Shown here piece by piece: positions 9,991 to 19,900 of a stretch of DNA of 64,000 bases; position 1 is the stretch's first letter, and each line of letters starts with the position of its first letter. The stretch covers positions 57,156-121,155 of the forward strand of contig JBBAAF010000002.1 of assembly GCA_041658425.1 (NCBI GenBank), read 5' to 3'. The stretch is from Bacteroidales bacterium (GTDB lineage: Bacteria > Bacteroidota > Bacteroidia > Bacteroidales > UBA12481). A program made the position numbers and the translations under genes. The notes under the pieces were generated by a model. It did not search any database. It was not told where the DNA came from and saw only the letters and a program-made list of their open reading frames with translations.

Positions 9991-10593
9991 ATGGGACCCA
10001 TAACATCTTTAATATCAATGCCTGAATGGTTGGATCTATTAATCGCCCTGATCATTGGCATCGGTTTCGGATTTGCACTCGAACAGGCTGGCTTCTCATC
10101 AAGCCGGAAACTGGCCGGAATGTTTTACGGTTATGATACAACCGTCGTCAAGGTTTTCTTTACCGCAGCCATAGTCGCGCTGGTCGGCTCACAGTTTCTG
10201 AGCTACTTCGGTCTGCTGAACCTCAATCTTGTCTTTGTGAATGAGTTTTACGTTGCCGCTTCGATTGTCGGCGGAGTGATCATGGGCGCCGGATTTATCA
10301 TGGGAGGCTTCTGCCCGGGAACCGGATTATGCGCCCTTTCAATCGGCAAGATCGATGCCATGGTCTTTTTTACAGGAGGCCTGACCGGGGCGTTCCTGTT
10401 CGCTGAAACCTATCCCCTGATACAAAACCTGGCCAACGGATCCTATAAAGGCCCGGTAAAGATCAATGAAGTCCTGGGAATCTCTCCCGGACTGTTCACT
10501 TTTCTGTTGATCCTGGCTGCAGTGGCTATGTTCTCGCTGGCTGAGGCAGCTGAAAAAAGATTTGCCAGGCCCGATATTACCGACAATTTATAA
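9991..10593 (+). CDS. YeeE/YedE-family sulfur-compound transporter, second half-protein
   Basis: 200-aa polytopic membrane ORF with a second conserved Cys motif (GGFCPGTGLC). Starts 12 nt after the first half. Confidence 0.8.
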   Translation: MGPITSLISMPEWLDLLIALIIGIGFGFALEQAGFSSSRKLAGMFYGYDTTVVKVFFTAAIVALVGSQFLSYFGLLNLNLVFVNEFYVAASIVGGVIMGAGFIMGGFCPGTGLCALSIGKIDAMVFFTGGLTGAFLFAETYPLIQNLANGSYKGPVKINEVLGISPGLFTFLLILAAVAMFSLAEAAEKRFARPDITDNL

Positions 10594-10601
10594 TCAGCCA
10601 G

Positions 10602-11213
10602 ATGAATACAAGAGTGAAATTTTCGGTCGTGCTCTTATCCCTCGGATTGATCCTGGCTATCCTCCCTTCGCCTGCAAAGAGAATACTGAAGGCAAAACCG
10701 GAAAGACTGGTCTCCCTCCTTAACGATGAAAAATCGTGGTTTACCGCCGATCAGGTTGCCCGTTTTGTGGTAAGCGGTGACATTAACGTCAGAATCATCG
10801 ACCTCAGGCCTGAATCAGAATTCCGGAAGATGACCATTCCCGGTTCGGTTAACATACCCTATAATGAGTTTATAAAGAAGAATCCCGCATCCTTTCTCGC
10901 GGCTGGAGATGTGAAAAACATCCTGTGCTCAGATGTTGAACAGGAAGCGGCCAACGCGTTCATCCTCGCTAAAGGGTTGAACTTTAAAAACACTTATATT
11001 TTAAAAGGGAGTGTGAATGAATGGGTTAAAACAGTCATGAACAACAGCTTCTCCGGTGACAAGATAACGGCCAGGGAAAACGCGCTGTTTGAAACACGCA
11101 CAAGGGCCAGTAAGATGTACACAGATTTCAACAACATGCCCGACAGCCTGAAACAGAAATTCTTTGAATCCAGGCGCCTGGCCACAAAGAAACTCGATGG
11201 CGGTTGTGAATGA
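10602..11213 (+). CDS. Membrane-anchored or secreted single-domain rhodanese-like protein
   Basis: 203-aa ORF with an N-terminal hydrophobic anchor. Rhodanese-like layout (IIDLRPESEF, a candidate active-site Cys in ILCSDVEQEA, then ILKGSVNEW). Confidence 0.6.
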   Translation: MNTRVKFSVVLLSLGLILAILPSPAKRILKAKPERLVSLLNDEKSWFTADQVARFVVSGDINVRIIDLRPESEFRKMTIPGSVNIPYNEFIKKNPASFLAAGDVKNILCSDVEQEAANAFILAKGLNFKNTYILKGSVNEWVKTVMNNSFSGDKITARENALFETRTRASKMYTDFNNMPDSLKQKFFESRRLATKKLDGGCE

Positions 11214-12254
11214 TTATTCGAAATTATTGATATCCGCTTTGGAAAAAGGCAGCCATGACAACGCCGCTTTCTGGCTTACCATTTTATCATACATGAAGCT
11301 GTTGTTGCCATATTTAAGGGTACGCGCATCATAACCGAATAACCGGAGAAATGCGGTTGCAAAACCTGAATTGTGACCGGTACCGCAATATACAACTACC
11401 GTTTTATCAGCCGGTATGGAAGCCATTTCATCTGTAAAACCAAGTGTCGCCTCAGGTTTATACCGTATGGCCCCCGGAATATGGCCATCGTCATACTTGT
11501 CCTTTCTATCCAGATTGATGACAAAATACCTGGTGGGATCAGCAAAAACCTCATCTGCAGTGATTAGAATTCCGGAAGTTCCGGCAGCGAATAGTTTCGC
11601 GAATCTTGCAGTGCCTATTTCGGCTCCTGTACCGAGGCCAGTACCCAATTCAGGCATTCCTTTGGGAGCAGGTCTTTCATGCACGGTTTTTTCAAGACTT
11701 CCTTCAAATTTCCCCGAAACACCGCGGAGCCAGCCCTCGCTGGCACATTTAATATTCCAGGCACTCATGCCCCATCGCATGGCATAAACATTGCCATATC
11801 CCATCAGGCGGAGCAAGCAGGTGGTATAGCTCGAAACCTGACCGTCCTCACATACCATGATGATCTTGTCAAATTCAAAAGGCTTGATCCCTGACTCAAA
11901 ATATCCCGGAAGATCCTCGAATTTCTTATTTATTGAACCTTTTATATGTCCGGCAGAATAATCCGAAGCTTGCCTCAGATCAATAACCAGGATATTTTTT
12001 CCGAGGCTTTCGTGTACGATCGAAGCTTTTATCAGCGATGGAAAAACCTGACTGTTAACATAATCCCCGTTGTCCTCCAGATCTTTCAGCAATAACGAAG
12101 TCTCTTTTCCGATAGAAACCGGTTTGGAAACAGCTGCTGCTTCAACCGTTGCCGCAGGCTTATTTTCAGCTTTCTTTCCCGTACATCCGGCAAAAACCAG
12201 CAATACCATCAGCCCGGCAAGGTTGTGCAGAGGGTGATTCGGAATTCTTTTCAT
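11214..12254 (-). CDS. Tandem-rhodanese (sulfurtransferase-like) lipoprotein
   Basis: 346-aa ORF with a lipobox (LVFAGC). Two rhodanese domains, each with a loop Cys (MVCEDGQVSS and VVYCGTGHNSG). Its stop codon directly abuts the stop of the convergent gene at 11213. Confidence 0.75.
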   Translation of the reverse strand: MKRIPNHPLHNLAGLMVLLVFAGCTGKKAENKPAATVEAAAVSKPVSIGKETSLLLKDLEDNGDYVNSQVFPSLIKASIVHESLGKNILVIDLRQASDYSAGHIKGSINKKFEDLPGYFESGIKPFEFDKIIMVCEDGQVSSYTTCLLRLMGYGNVYAMRWGMSAWNIKCASEGWLRGVSGKFEGSLEKTVHERPAPKGMPELGTGLGTGAEIGTARFAKLFAAGTSGILITADEVFADPTRYFVINLDRKDKYDDGHIPGAIRYKPEATLGFTDEMASIPADKTVVVYCGTGHNSGFATAFLRLFGYDARTLKYGNNSFMYDKMVSQKAALSWLPFSKADINNFE

Positions 12255-12267
12255 ACCAGGGGTGCAA

Positions 12268-13359
12268 TTAAATTTTTACAGGTAGCTTGCCCTTATCAAA
12301 CCGAAGAGTTTCAATCCTTTCTCCGGTTTCATCATACTTGTATTGGGTGATGGCAACACCGGTTTCCGGATTATTGATGACATTCCGGTCCTTGTCCATA
12401 TTTTTCGACTCAACCAAAGCCCCGTGAGCGTCATAGGTGTAACGGGTTACTGGAACATTTTTACCGCTTAAATATTCATTATCCTGGTCATAATAAACGG
12501 TTTCCAACACGTAGCCGTTCTCATCGAAGGTATTGACCCGCTTCGACCAACCCCAGTAAAGATTTGACATCTGTCCTGTTACATTGAATACGCTGAACCT
12601 TTCCAGATCACCGTTTTCGTTTGGCTGAAAGGTAAAATATGATACTCCGATATCTCCGCAGTTCTCAGCGGTACAATTGTAGAGCGTGTCGGCCTTGTAA
12701 TTAGCCATTCGGGTTACATATCCTTTTTCATTATAGGTAAACCGGAGTTCATAAAACGGGCAAAAGGGATTCATCACAACCTCTTCATTGGCAAGATTAT
12801 ACCTTAGCTCACGAACCATTCCATCCGGCAATATGCTCCATACCCATGAATGGATTTTATTCTCATTTTCAACAGGCTTGCCATCTTTTTCATAAAATTT
12901 AAGGCCCGCACGGATACCGTTGGCATCAAGAGTATATTCTTCCCTGAACACCCCCGATGATTCAACAGGTTCATTATTTTTATTGAATAGGTGCCTGATT
13001 TGTTTATTGCCAGTGTATTCATATTCAATTTTTGCAGCACCGTCCTTCGAGGAATAACCCAATAAAACATTGTTCCGAACAAATTCAACTGATAACAGCC
13101 GTCCTGAATTATCATAGGTGAACTTATAACTGTTGATCGTCTTAGCCTGACCGGAAGTAAGCGGATGAACGCCTTTTTCGATATCATACGGGCTTTCCGA
13201 AAACTGAAGGCTGCGGTAATACTCCACGCCGGTATGAAGTTTTTCGGACCCGGCTTTATTGGCGCATGAAAGGATACCTGCTGCGATGAACATCATCACT
13301 AAAAATCGGATTACTGATCTGTTGAATTTCATATACTTTATTAGGTTTCGTTTAAACAA
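12268..13359 (-). CDS. YD-repeat-like mini-lipoprotein, paralog 1
   Basis: 363-aa ORF with a lipobox (GILSC). Reiterated YD-type repeats are present (YKFTYDNSGRL, RFTYNEKGYV, TFDENGYV, RYTYDAHGAL, QYKYDETGER). Confidence 0.6.
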   Translation of the reverse strand: MFKRNLIKYMKFNRSVIRFLVMMFIAAGILSCANKAGSEKLHTGVEYYRSLQFSESPYDIEKGVHPLTSGQAKTINSYKFTYDNSGRLLSVEFVRNNVLLGYSSKDGAAKIEYEYTGNKQIRHLFNKNNEPVESSGVFREEYTLDANGIRAGLKFYEKDGKPVENENKIHSWVWSILPDGMVRELRYNLANEEVVMNPFCPFYELRFTYNEKGYVTRMANYKADTLYNCTAENCGDIGVSYFTFQPNENGDLERFSVFNVTGQMSNLYWGWSKRVNTFDENGYVLETVYYDQDNEYLSGKNVPVTRYTYDAHGALVESKNMDKDRNVINNPETGVAITQYKYDETGERIETLRFDKGKLPVKI

Positions 13360-13409
13360 TATTACGATTTCAAACCTAAAATGTTCCCGTAACTGCTAAA
13401 AAAAGAAAT

Positions 13410-14483
13410 TTAAAAGCAGCAGCAGTTGGTAAGATCATACCTGATATTGACCGGTGCCCCGTCCTTATCGAAACGAAGCGTCTCTGTGCGGGTTCCAAAC
13501 TGGTCATATTTGTATACAGTCCTGCAAACCCGATTTTCAGGATTATTAAAAGGTTTCCTGTCCTTATCAAGGTTCCAGGTTTCAGTCTCTGCACCATGTT
13601 CGTCATAAGCATGCCGGATTATGGGTACCCTTTTTCCCCCGATATACTCACCATCCTGATCGTAAAACACAGATTCCAGGAGATAGCCGTTGCGGTCGAA
13701 TTTGTTGATCCTCTTTGACCATCCCCAATAAACATTTGAGGTGAGCCCGCTTGCATTGAAAACCGAAAAACGTAATACGTCCCCCTGGTCATCGGGCTCA
13801 AAAAGAAAATAGGAAACCCCTACTTCACCGCAGTTTTCCGCAGTGCAATTGTATAAGGTGTCGGCCTTGTAATTTGCCATCCGGGTTACATAGCCTTTTT
13901 CGTTATAGGTGAATCTTAATTCATAAAAGGGACAAAAGGGATTCAGTATCGTCTCTTTTCCGGTCAGGTCATACCGGAGTTCCCGCACCATCCCGTCAGG
14001 CAGAACTTCCCACCTGAAAGAATGAATCCTGTTCCTGTTTTCAACCGGCTCCCCATATTTGCCGAAGAATGTGACACCGGTTCGGGTGCCATTTGGGTCA
14101 AGGGAATACTCAGCCCTGAATACGCCGGCGACCTCAATGGGTTCGTTTTTGTAATTGAAATAGTATTTATTCTGTTTATTATCTGAATAAACATAGGTTA
14201 TTTTTGCTGCAAATCCCATTGATGAATAGCTGAGCAGCAAGTTGTTCCTGACATATTCGACAGACAAAATACGCCCTTTGTCGTCATAGGTAAACTTATA
14301 GCTGTTGATGGTTTTTGCCTTACGGGCGGAAAGAGGATGGATGCCCTTTTCCATGTCAAAGGGGGTTTGGCTGGTCAGCAGGTTCCTGTAGAATTTTACA
14401 TCGTTCCGATTGCCGTTATCTGTTGGATGGCTGGTGCACGATATCATTACTATTGCAAGTAAAACATATAGGTGTGAGCGCAT
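13410..14483 (-). CDS. YD-repeat-like mini-lipoprotein, paralog 2
   Basis: 357-aa ORF with a lipobox (MISC). Collinear with paralog 1 and includes an identical 39-aa block. Confidence 0.6.
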   Translation of the reverse strand: MRSHLYVLLAIVMISCTSHPTDNGNRNDVKFYRNLLTSQTPFDMEKGIHPLSARKAKTINSYKFTYDDKGRILSVEYVRNNLLLSYSSMGFAAKITYVYSDNKQNKYYFNYKNEPIEVAGVFRAEYSLDPNGTRTGVTFFGKYGEPVENRNRIHSFRWEVLPDGMVRELRYDLTGKETILNPFCPFYELRFTYNEKGYVTRMANYKADTLYNCTAENCGEVGVSYFLFEPDDQGDVLRFSVFNASGLTSNVYWGWSKRINKFDRNGYLLESVFYDQDGEYIGGKRVPIIRHAYDEHGAETETWNLDKDRKPFNNPENRVCRTVYKYDQFGTRTETLRFDKDGAPVNIRYDLTNCCCF

Positions 14484-14580
14484 TTCGATCCTTTATTCAA
14501 ATTGATTTCAATTAAATTTTGATGGTTTTTTAAGCACCAGGCTTTTAATTACCCCGGCCTGTACCGGTATGCAATATCCA

Positions 14581-15249
14581 TCAGTTTTGAATTTCCACGA
14601 TCCAGTTGCCGGCTTCTGAAATCTCGATCTCCACAAGGATCTCGAATTGCGTTGTCCTGAGTTTATTCCAGGCTTTATAGCGGATGGATCCTTTAAAGGG
14701 GAACATGACATCCTCAAACCCGAATTTCGGACTGAATTTTGTTTCCCTTCCGCTACTGCCCGAAAGTTGCATATCCTGAAAATCGGTTGACACGCCTCCC
14801 ATCGAATTCGGATAGAACCACACCTGGTTTTCGACACCTTGTTTATAAACACGCATCCTGCTCACATTGCGCTGGGTAATAACCTTGTACGGAGGAGGCA
14901 GAACCTCTTTTTGCCGGATGTCGTTTTCCCATATCCAGGTCCGCTGAACTTCCTTCCCGTTTTCCTTGAAGATGACAGTACCTTTTCCGTTCCTTAATCC
15001 CTTCTTCCAATATCCTACATAAACGGTACCATCATCGAATTCAGCCCTGCCCTCACCTTCAGGATATCCTGCGGAAAACCTGCCCTTATAATGGAAACGC
15101 CCCCAGGCTTCACCAGCGCCGTGAGCCAGTCCGTTCTTGCATTTCCCGATATAAACCGAGTCCAGTGAAGGAAGCAGAACCTTGCACTCCGATTGGGCCT
15201 GGTCCGAGATTGTAACAAACAAGGCAATGAATAATATTATAAGTTTCAT
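14581..15249 (-). CDS. Secreted MORN-repeat protein
   Basis: 222-aa ORF with a signal peptide. Three or four MORN-type repeats (YIGKCKNGLAHGAG, YKGRFSAGYPEGEG, YVGYWKKGLRNGKG). Confidence 0.7.
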   Translation of the reverse strand: MKLIILFIALFVTISDQAQSECKVLLPSLDSVYIGKCKNGLAHGAGEAWGRFHYKGRFSAGYPEGEGRAEFDDGTVYVGYWKKGLRNGKGTVIFKENGKEVQRTWIWENDIRQKEVLPPPYKVITQRNVSRMRVYKQGVENQVWFYPNSMGGVSTDFQDMQLSGSSGRETKFSPKFGFEDVMFPFKGSIRYKAWNKLRTTQFEILVEIEISEAGNWIVEIQN

Positions 15250-15318
15250 GTCTTAGAATTTTTTCGCGGGTTGCGTTATGCTCATGAATGGATCCCAAAA
15301 TCACGCTGCATATTACTT

Positions 15319-15357
15319 AAAAAAATGGAGAGGGCCATTTTCAGTCCCCCTCCATTT
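15319..15357 (-). terminator. Rho-independent terminator downstream of the minus-strand susD-like gene
   Basis: Read on the minus strand: GGAGGGGG, an 11-nt loop, CCCUCUCC, then AUUUUUUU. The single non-Watson-Crick position is a G-U wobble on the minus-strand RNA but an A-C mismatch on the plus strand, which fits minus-strand function. Confidence 0.65.
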
Positions 15358-15424
15358 ACTTTTCATCTTGATATTTACTAGAAACCTAATGCCGGAACAA
15401 TAGAAAACTCATATCCTTTTAGGC

Positions 15425-16891
15425 CTATTGAACACCTGTCCTGACATCCCACCACATTTTCTGGCCCCAAAAGTAATCTTTGATATTACCTTCGTATTCC
15501 TTTAAATTCACTGAATTCAGTCCAGCCTCGGTCAGTGGGTAAGGAAGCCTGAAAGGAGCGCGGTTATGGTCCGGAAAGGCACTGTTATAGGCCGGTGGAA
15601 GCAAGGGGACATCGGTCCTTCTGGCATCGGCCCAGGCTTCGTTATTCATCAGGAACAGGGCAAGATATTTCTGCGTATAGATCTTCTTGAGATCATCTGC
15701 ATTATTTTGCCATGCCACACCTTCAGTTGCCAGATAGGGGGCTATTGCAGCATCAGACACGCCATACTGTTGCATCGAAGCTGTAATCCCTTTTTCGTAT
15801 TCAGCCTGTGCAACTGCGGCCTGTCCTGTTCGCAAAGCGATTTCCGCTTTCAAAAAGCAAATCTCCGAATACCTGAAGAAACCGTCGTTAACATTATATT
15901 CATTACCTCCGGTGGGATTAGGATTGCCGCTTACAAATACCGGATTGAAATCAGAAATATCCTCCCTGATAAAAGGCGGAACAAAGCCGACCCTTTCAGA
16001 TCCCCTGTATTTGCCATCTGTTGTGGCCGGTACAAACCATATCGGCAGCCTTGGGTCATTGAAATTATTCAACAGGTCGACAACGATTTTTCCGCCACCT
16101 TCGTGATGGCAGCAATACCACCAGTACCAGAATCCCTCTTCCCAGGGAGAAGTACCGGGCCATCTGAGTTCGATGTTGTCGGCATTGCTTCCAAGTACCG
16201 GATAATCGGCAGGATTGCCAAACAATTCATTGATGATTGAGGTAGAAGTGGCGAGATCAACATTCGAAATCCTGACGGCAACTCTCAATCGAAGGGAATT
16301 GCAAAACATCTGCCACTTTGCGACATCGCCGCCATTCAGAACATCACCTTCTCCGATGGGATCATTGCCACCAGCCTTAAACAAATCAGCTGCCTTTTTC
16401 AAGTCATCAATGATCGCTTTGTAGATGTCTTCCTGCTTGTCAAATTTCGGCGCAATAATGCCCTCTGCAGCTTTTGAAGCTTCCGAATAAGGCATGTCAC
16501 GCCATTGATCGGTGGCAACCTGTGTCATCTGGGCCCTGAAAGTGAGGGCAGCTGCCAGCATATTTGTTTTACCGTCCTGTTCTGCTCCGGCGATGATTCT
16601 ATTTATGTTCGTCAGACCTGCGTAATAGCCTCCCCACTCTTCACCAACGGAAAGGTAAGACTGATTTCCTGCTCCAAGCCTGGAACCAACATAATTGGCA
16701 TGTTGTGCCCCCATGCTTCCAGGACTGAAATTTTCGCTGAAATTTACAATTACGGCACCAAAATGATTGGTTGTCGGTACCGAGGAAGGTTGATTGGGAT
16801 TGGTATTGTAGGTCTCAAAATTCTTCGTGCATGCCCCCAGCAGTGCCAGGCACATTATCAGAATGATCCCTATGTTCAATTGTTTTTTCAT
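15425..16891 (-). CDS. SusD/RagB-family outer-membrane glycan-binding lipoprotein
   Basis: 488-aa ORF with a lipobox (LGAC). Lies immediately downstream of a SusC-like gene and has the TPR-like SusD composition. Confidence 0.9.
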   Translation of the reverse strand: MKKQLNIGIILIMCLALLGACTKNFETYNTNPNQPSSVPTTNHFGAVIVNFSENFSPGSMGAQHANYVGSRLGAGNQSYLSVGEEWGGYYAGLTNINRIIAGAEQDGKTNMLAAALTFRAQMTQVATDQWRDMPYSEASKAAEGIIAPKFDKQEDIYKAIIDDLKKAADLFKAGGNDPIGEGDVLNGGDVAKWQMFCNSLRLRVAVRISNVDLATSTSIINELFGNPADYPVLGSNADNIELRWPGTSPWEEGFWYWWYCCHHEGGGKIVVDLLNNFNDPRLPIWFVPATTDGKYRGSERVGFVPPFIREDISDFNPVFVSGNPNPTGGNEYNVNDGFFRYSEICFLKAEIALRTGQAAVAQAEYEKGITASMQQYGVSDAAIAPYLATEGVAWQNNADDLKKIYTQKYLALFLMNNEAWADARRTDVPLLPPAYNSAFPDHNRAPFRLPYPLTEAGLNSVNLKEYEGNIKDYFWGQKMWWDVRTGVQ

Positions 16892-16938
16892 AATTCAATT
16901 TTTTAAGTTGTGGATTTAATCACTAGATCAACTGATAT

Positions 16939-19900
16939 TTAGAAGGATAATGCCAATTTCAGACCTAAGCTTCTTGAAGAAGGGATCTGCATCTGCTCAT
17001 ATCCCACACCGGCATTGCCGGTTCCAAAACCGGTCTCAGGATCAAGGTGAATATCGTTGGTCTTGTCGACATACAGCAAGGCCAGGTTCCTGGCAACAAA
17101 CGACACCCTTGCGGAATACATGCCCAGTTTCTTGGCAACTTTTCCAGGAAGGGTGTAACCAATGCTAAGCTCCCGCAATTTGATGAAAGATCCATCCATC
17201 ACCCAATATTCAGTCGTTCTCGCATATTGATTATAAAATTTCTGAGCGGTTACCCGTTTGGTATTCGGGGTACCGTCGGCCAGAACGCCCGGAACAACAA
17301 TACCGGTTTCCCTGACATTGGTAGCCCCTGTAAAAGGATCATTGAGGGTGAGGGAAGTGTTCCCAAACCTTGTGCCCCAGAATTTAGTACCACTTATGAT
17401 ATCACCGCCTTTGCGGCCGTCGATCAGGATGCCAAGATTGAATCCCTTATAGCTGAAGTTGTTCTGAAGGCCTCCGATCCAGTCGGGTGTGATGTTTCCA
17501 AGTTCAAAGTTACCGGGAGCATTTTGGGTAAGCCCGGCCGATGTTATAACCAGGTTACCCTGATCATCCCGCAGCCATTTCTGCCCCATGATAACCCCGT
17601 AGGGTTCTCCCGGTCTGGCTTCTATATAGGAACTCCACATGTCGGATATCCATAAAGATTCCAGATCACCATACAATTCATTGACTCTGTTATTGTTTTT
17701 TGCCCAGTTTAGTGTCAGGTCCCAGTTAAAGCCACCCTTCGACTGGATGACACTTGCTGAGAAAATCACCTCAACTCCTTTGTTTTCAATTTCGCCGGCA
17801 TTGATCAGCATGGAACTGTAACCTGCTGAAGTGGCAATGTCAACCGGCATGATCTGGTTCCGGGTTTTTAAATCGTAGTATGAAATATCGAGTTTAACCC
17901 GGTTATTGAAAAAGCGCATATCGAGACCAGCCTCGACCGAACCGGCGATTTCAGGTTTCAGGCCTACCGGCGGAAGGGTGCCCGGCAGGCTGAACATTGA
18001 TACTCCATTCCATGGAGATCCAATGGAATTGTAGGTTGCGGCAATCTGATAAGGACCGGTATCATTACCCACCTGGGCATAACTTGCTCTTACCTTGCCA
18101 TAGGAGAAGATCTTTGAATCGATCTTAAATGCATCTGTAAACACAAATCCCATGCTTACCGAAGGATAGAAATAGGACCAGCTATCCTTGGGCAACGACG
18201 AACTCCAGTCGTTACGTCCGGTTGCTCCCAGGAAGAGGTAGTTCTTATAAGAAAAGTTTACTGATCCAAGAACACTGTTTGTTACCTTCTTGGAATCGTA
18301 TTGAGAAACGCCGGGGGTTCCTGCAATGTTCCCTATGGTAAAGAAATCCGGTACCGTCAGGTTGTATGCATTAAGGCCCACTTCATGCCCTTCTTCAAGA
18401 CGGTAGTTAGCTCCGACAGTACCGTCGATCCGGAAATCTTCACCGATTTTCTTGTCAATCATGGCTAGGAAATCTGCATTGGTCTCCTGGGCAAATTTTT
18501 GGGTTTGCCAGAAATTACCGACCCCGTTGCCTTCATTACACTGGGCAAGCTTGATCTTTTTGCGCAACTCGTTATAATAATCAGTTCCGATCCTTCCTGT
18601 AAGAGTAATCCAATCTGCAATTTTATAATTTAAACTTGCATTGCCGAAAAAACGGTCCCTGGTTCTTGAGGCAGTGTTATGAAGCGATAAATAGGGATTG
18701 TCCATTTCGCCCAGAGAATAGGAATAGGTGTGGCCGAACTGATCGATTTCCTTCCAGTGTTCTTTAAGCGGTACTACGTCAACCTGGCGCTGGAACATTG
18801 CAAAAGTGGCAGCCGGGTTATCCCCGCCTCCGTCGTATCCCTGGCTTGGGAGGTTATTGCTGTGGTTATTCACATAGGTAAGGTTCGCCGAAGCTGACCA
18901 CTTATCCGATAACTTCAGGTCTCCGCTGACACTTGCCGTATTCTTGGTCAGATCGGTGTTGTAGACGGTACCCTTAATGTCATTGTTCGACAGAAATACC
19001 CTGATGGATCCGATATCGGAAGATTTTGACAGGGCAATCGAGTTATCGAGGTTGACTCCTGTTTCAAAGAAATCCTTCATATTATTCGGACGCGAAATCC
19101 ACAATTGGTCCTTACCGGTAAACTGGTCCAGCTTGAGACCTATATCCAACCGGGGTCCCCAGCTTCTGGGCTCACTGTCATTCACTCCGTTGCCCCAGCC
19201 ATCCACATAATTATATGAATATTTTTTGGCGAAATCCTGATAGGTAAGATTGGGATTACCCAATTCCGTTTTCTTTAGTTGCCAGTCATATTCGCTTCCG
19301 TACATCCCCCCGCCGTATGAATTCTGCCAGGTCGGGAAAATGCTTACGTTATCAAGGGTGACTGAACTGATCAGGTCGATTCCAAGCTTGTTCTTTGGTT
19401 GTGAACCCCTTTTCGTTGTGACAACAACAACGCCGTTGGCAGCGCGGCTGCCGTAAAGTGCGGCGGCGTTGGCCCCTTTCAGTACGCTCATCGACTCGAT
19501 GTTGCTCGGATCAAGGTCCATGGCCCCGTTGCCGTAATCCTGGCCTCCCCAGGCAGACATATCGGACGCGAAGTTGGTCATGGGGGTACCGTCAACGATC
19601 CATAACGGTTCGTTGTTACCGAACGAGTGGTTTCCACGGATGACAATCCTGGCTGAGGAGCCTACTGCACCGGTTGAATTGGTTACCTGCACCCCGGCGA
19701 TCTTTCCGGAGAGGGCGCTTACTATGTTTGTCGGCTTGACAGCATTTATTGCTTCATTACCAATATCCTGAACTGCATAACCAAGCGCCTTTTTTTCACG
19801 GCGAATTCCAAGGGCGGTAACAACCACCTCATCAAGGTTTATAACATCAGTTTCCAAACTGATATCATAATTGTTGGATGATGTTATTGGAACTTCCAGT

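Noticed and set aside
14508-14852. 114-aa minus-strand ORF overlapping the 3' part of the MORN gene in another frame
   Set aside because: The overlapping frame carries the MORN repeats and a signal peptide. This ORF is Arg/Ser-rich with no features, so it is judged spurious. The same applies to 13376-13612, which overlaps the YD-repeat paralog.
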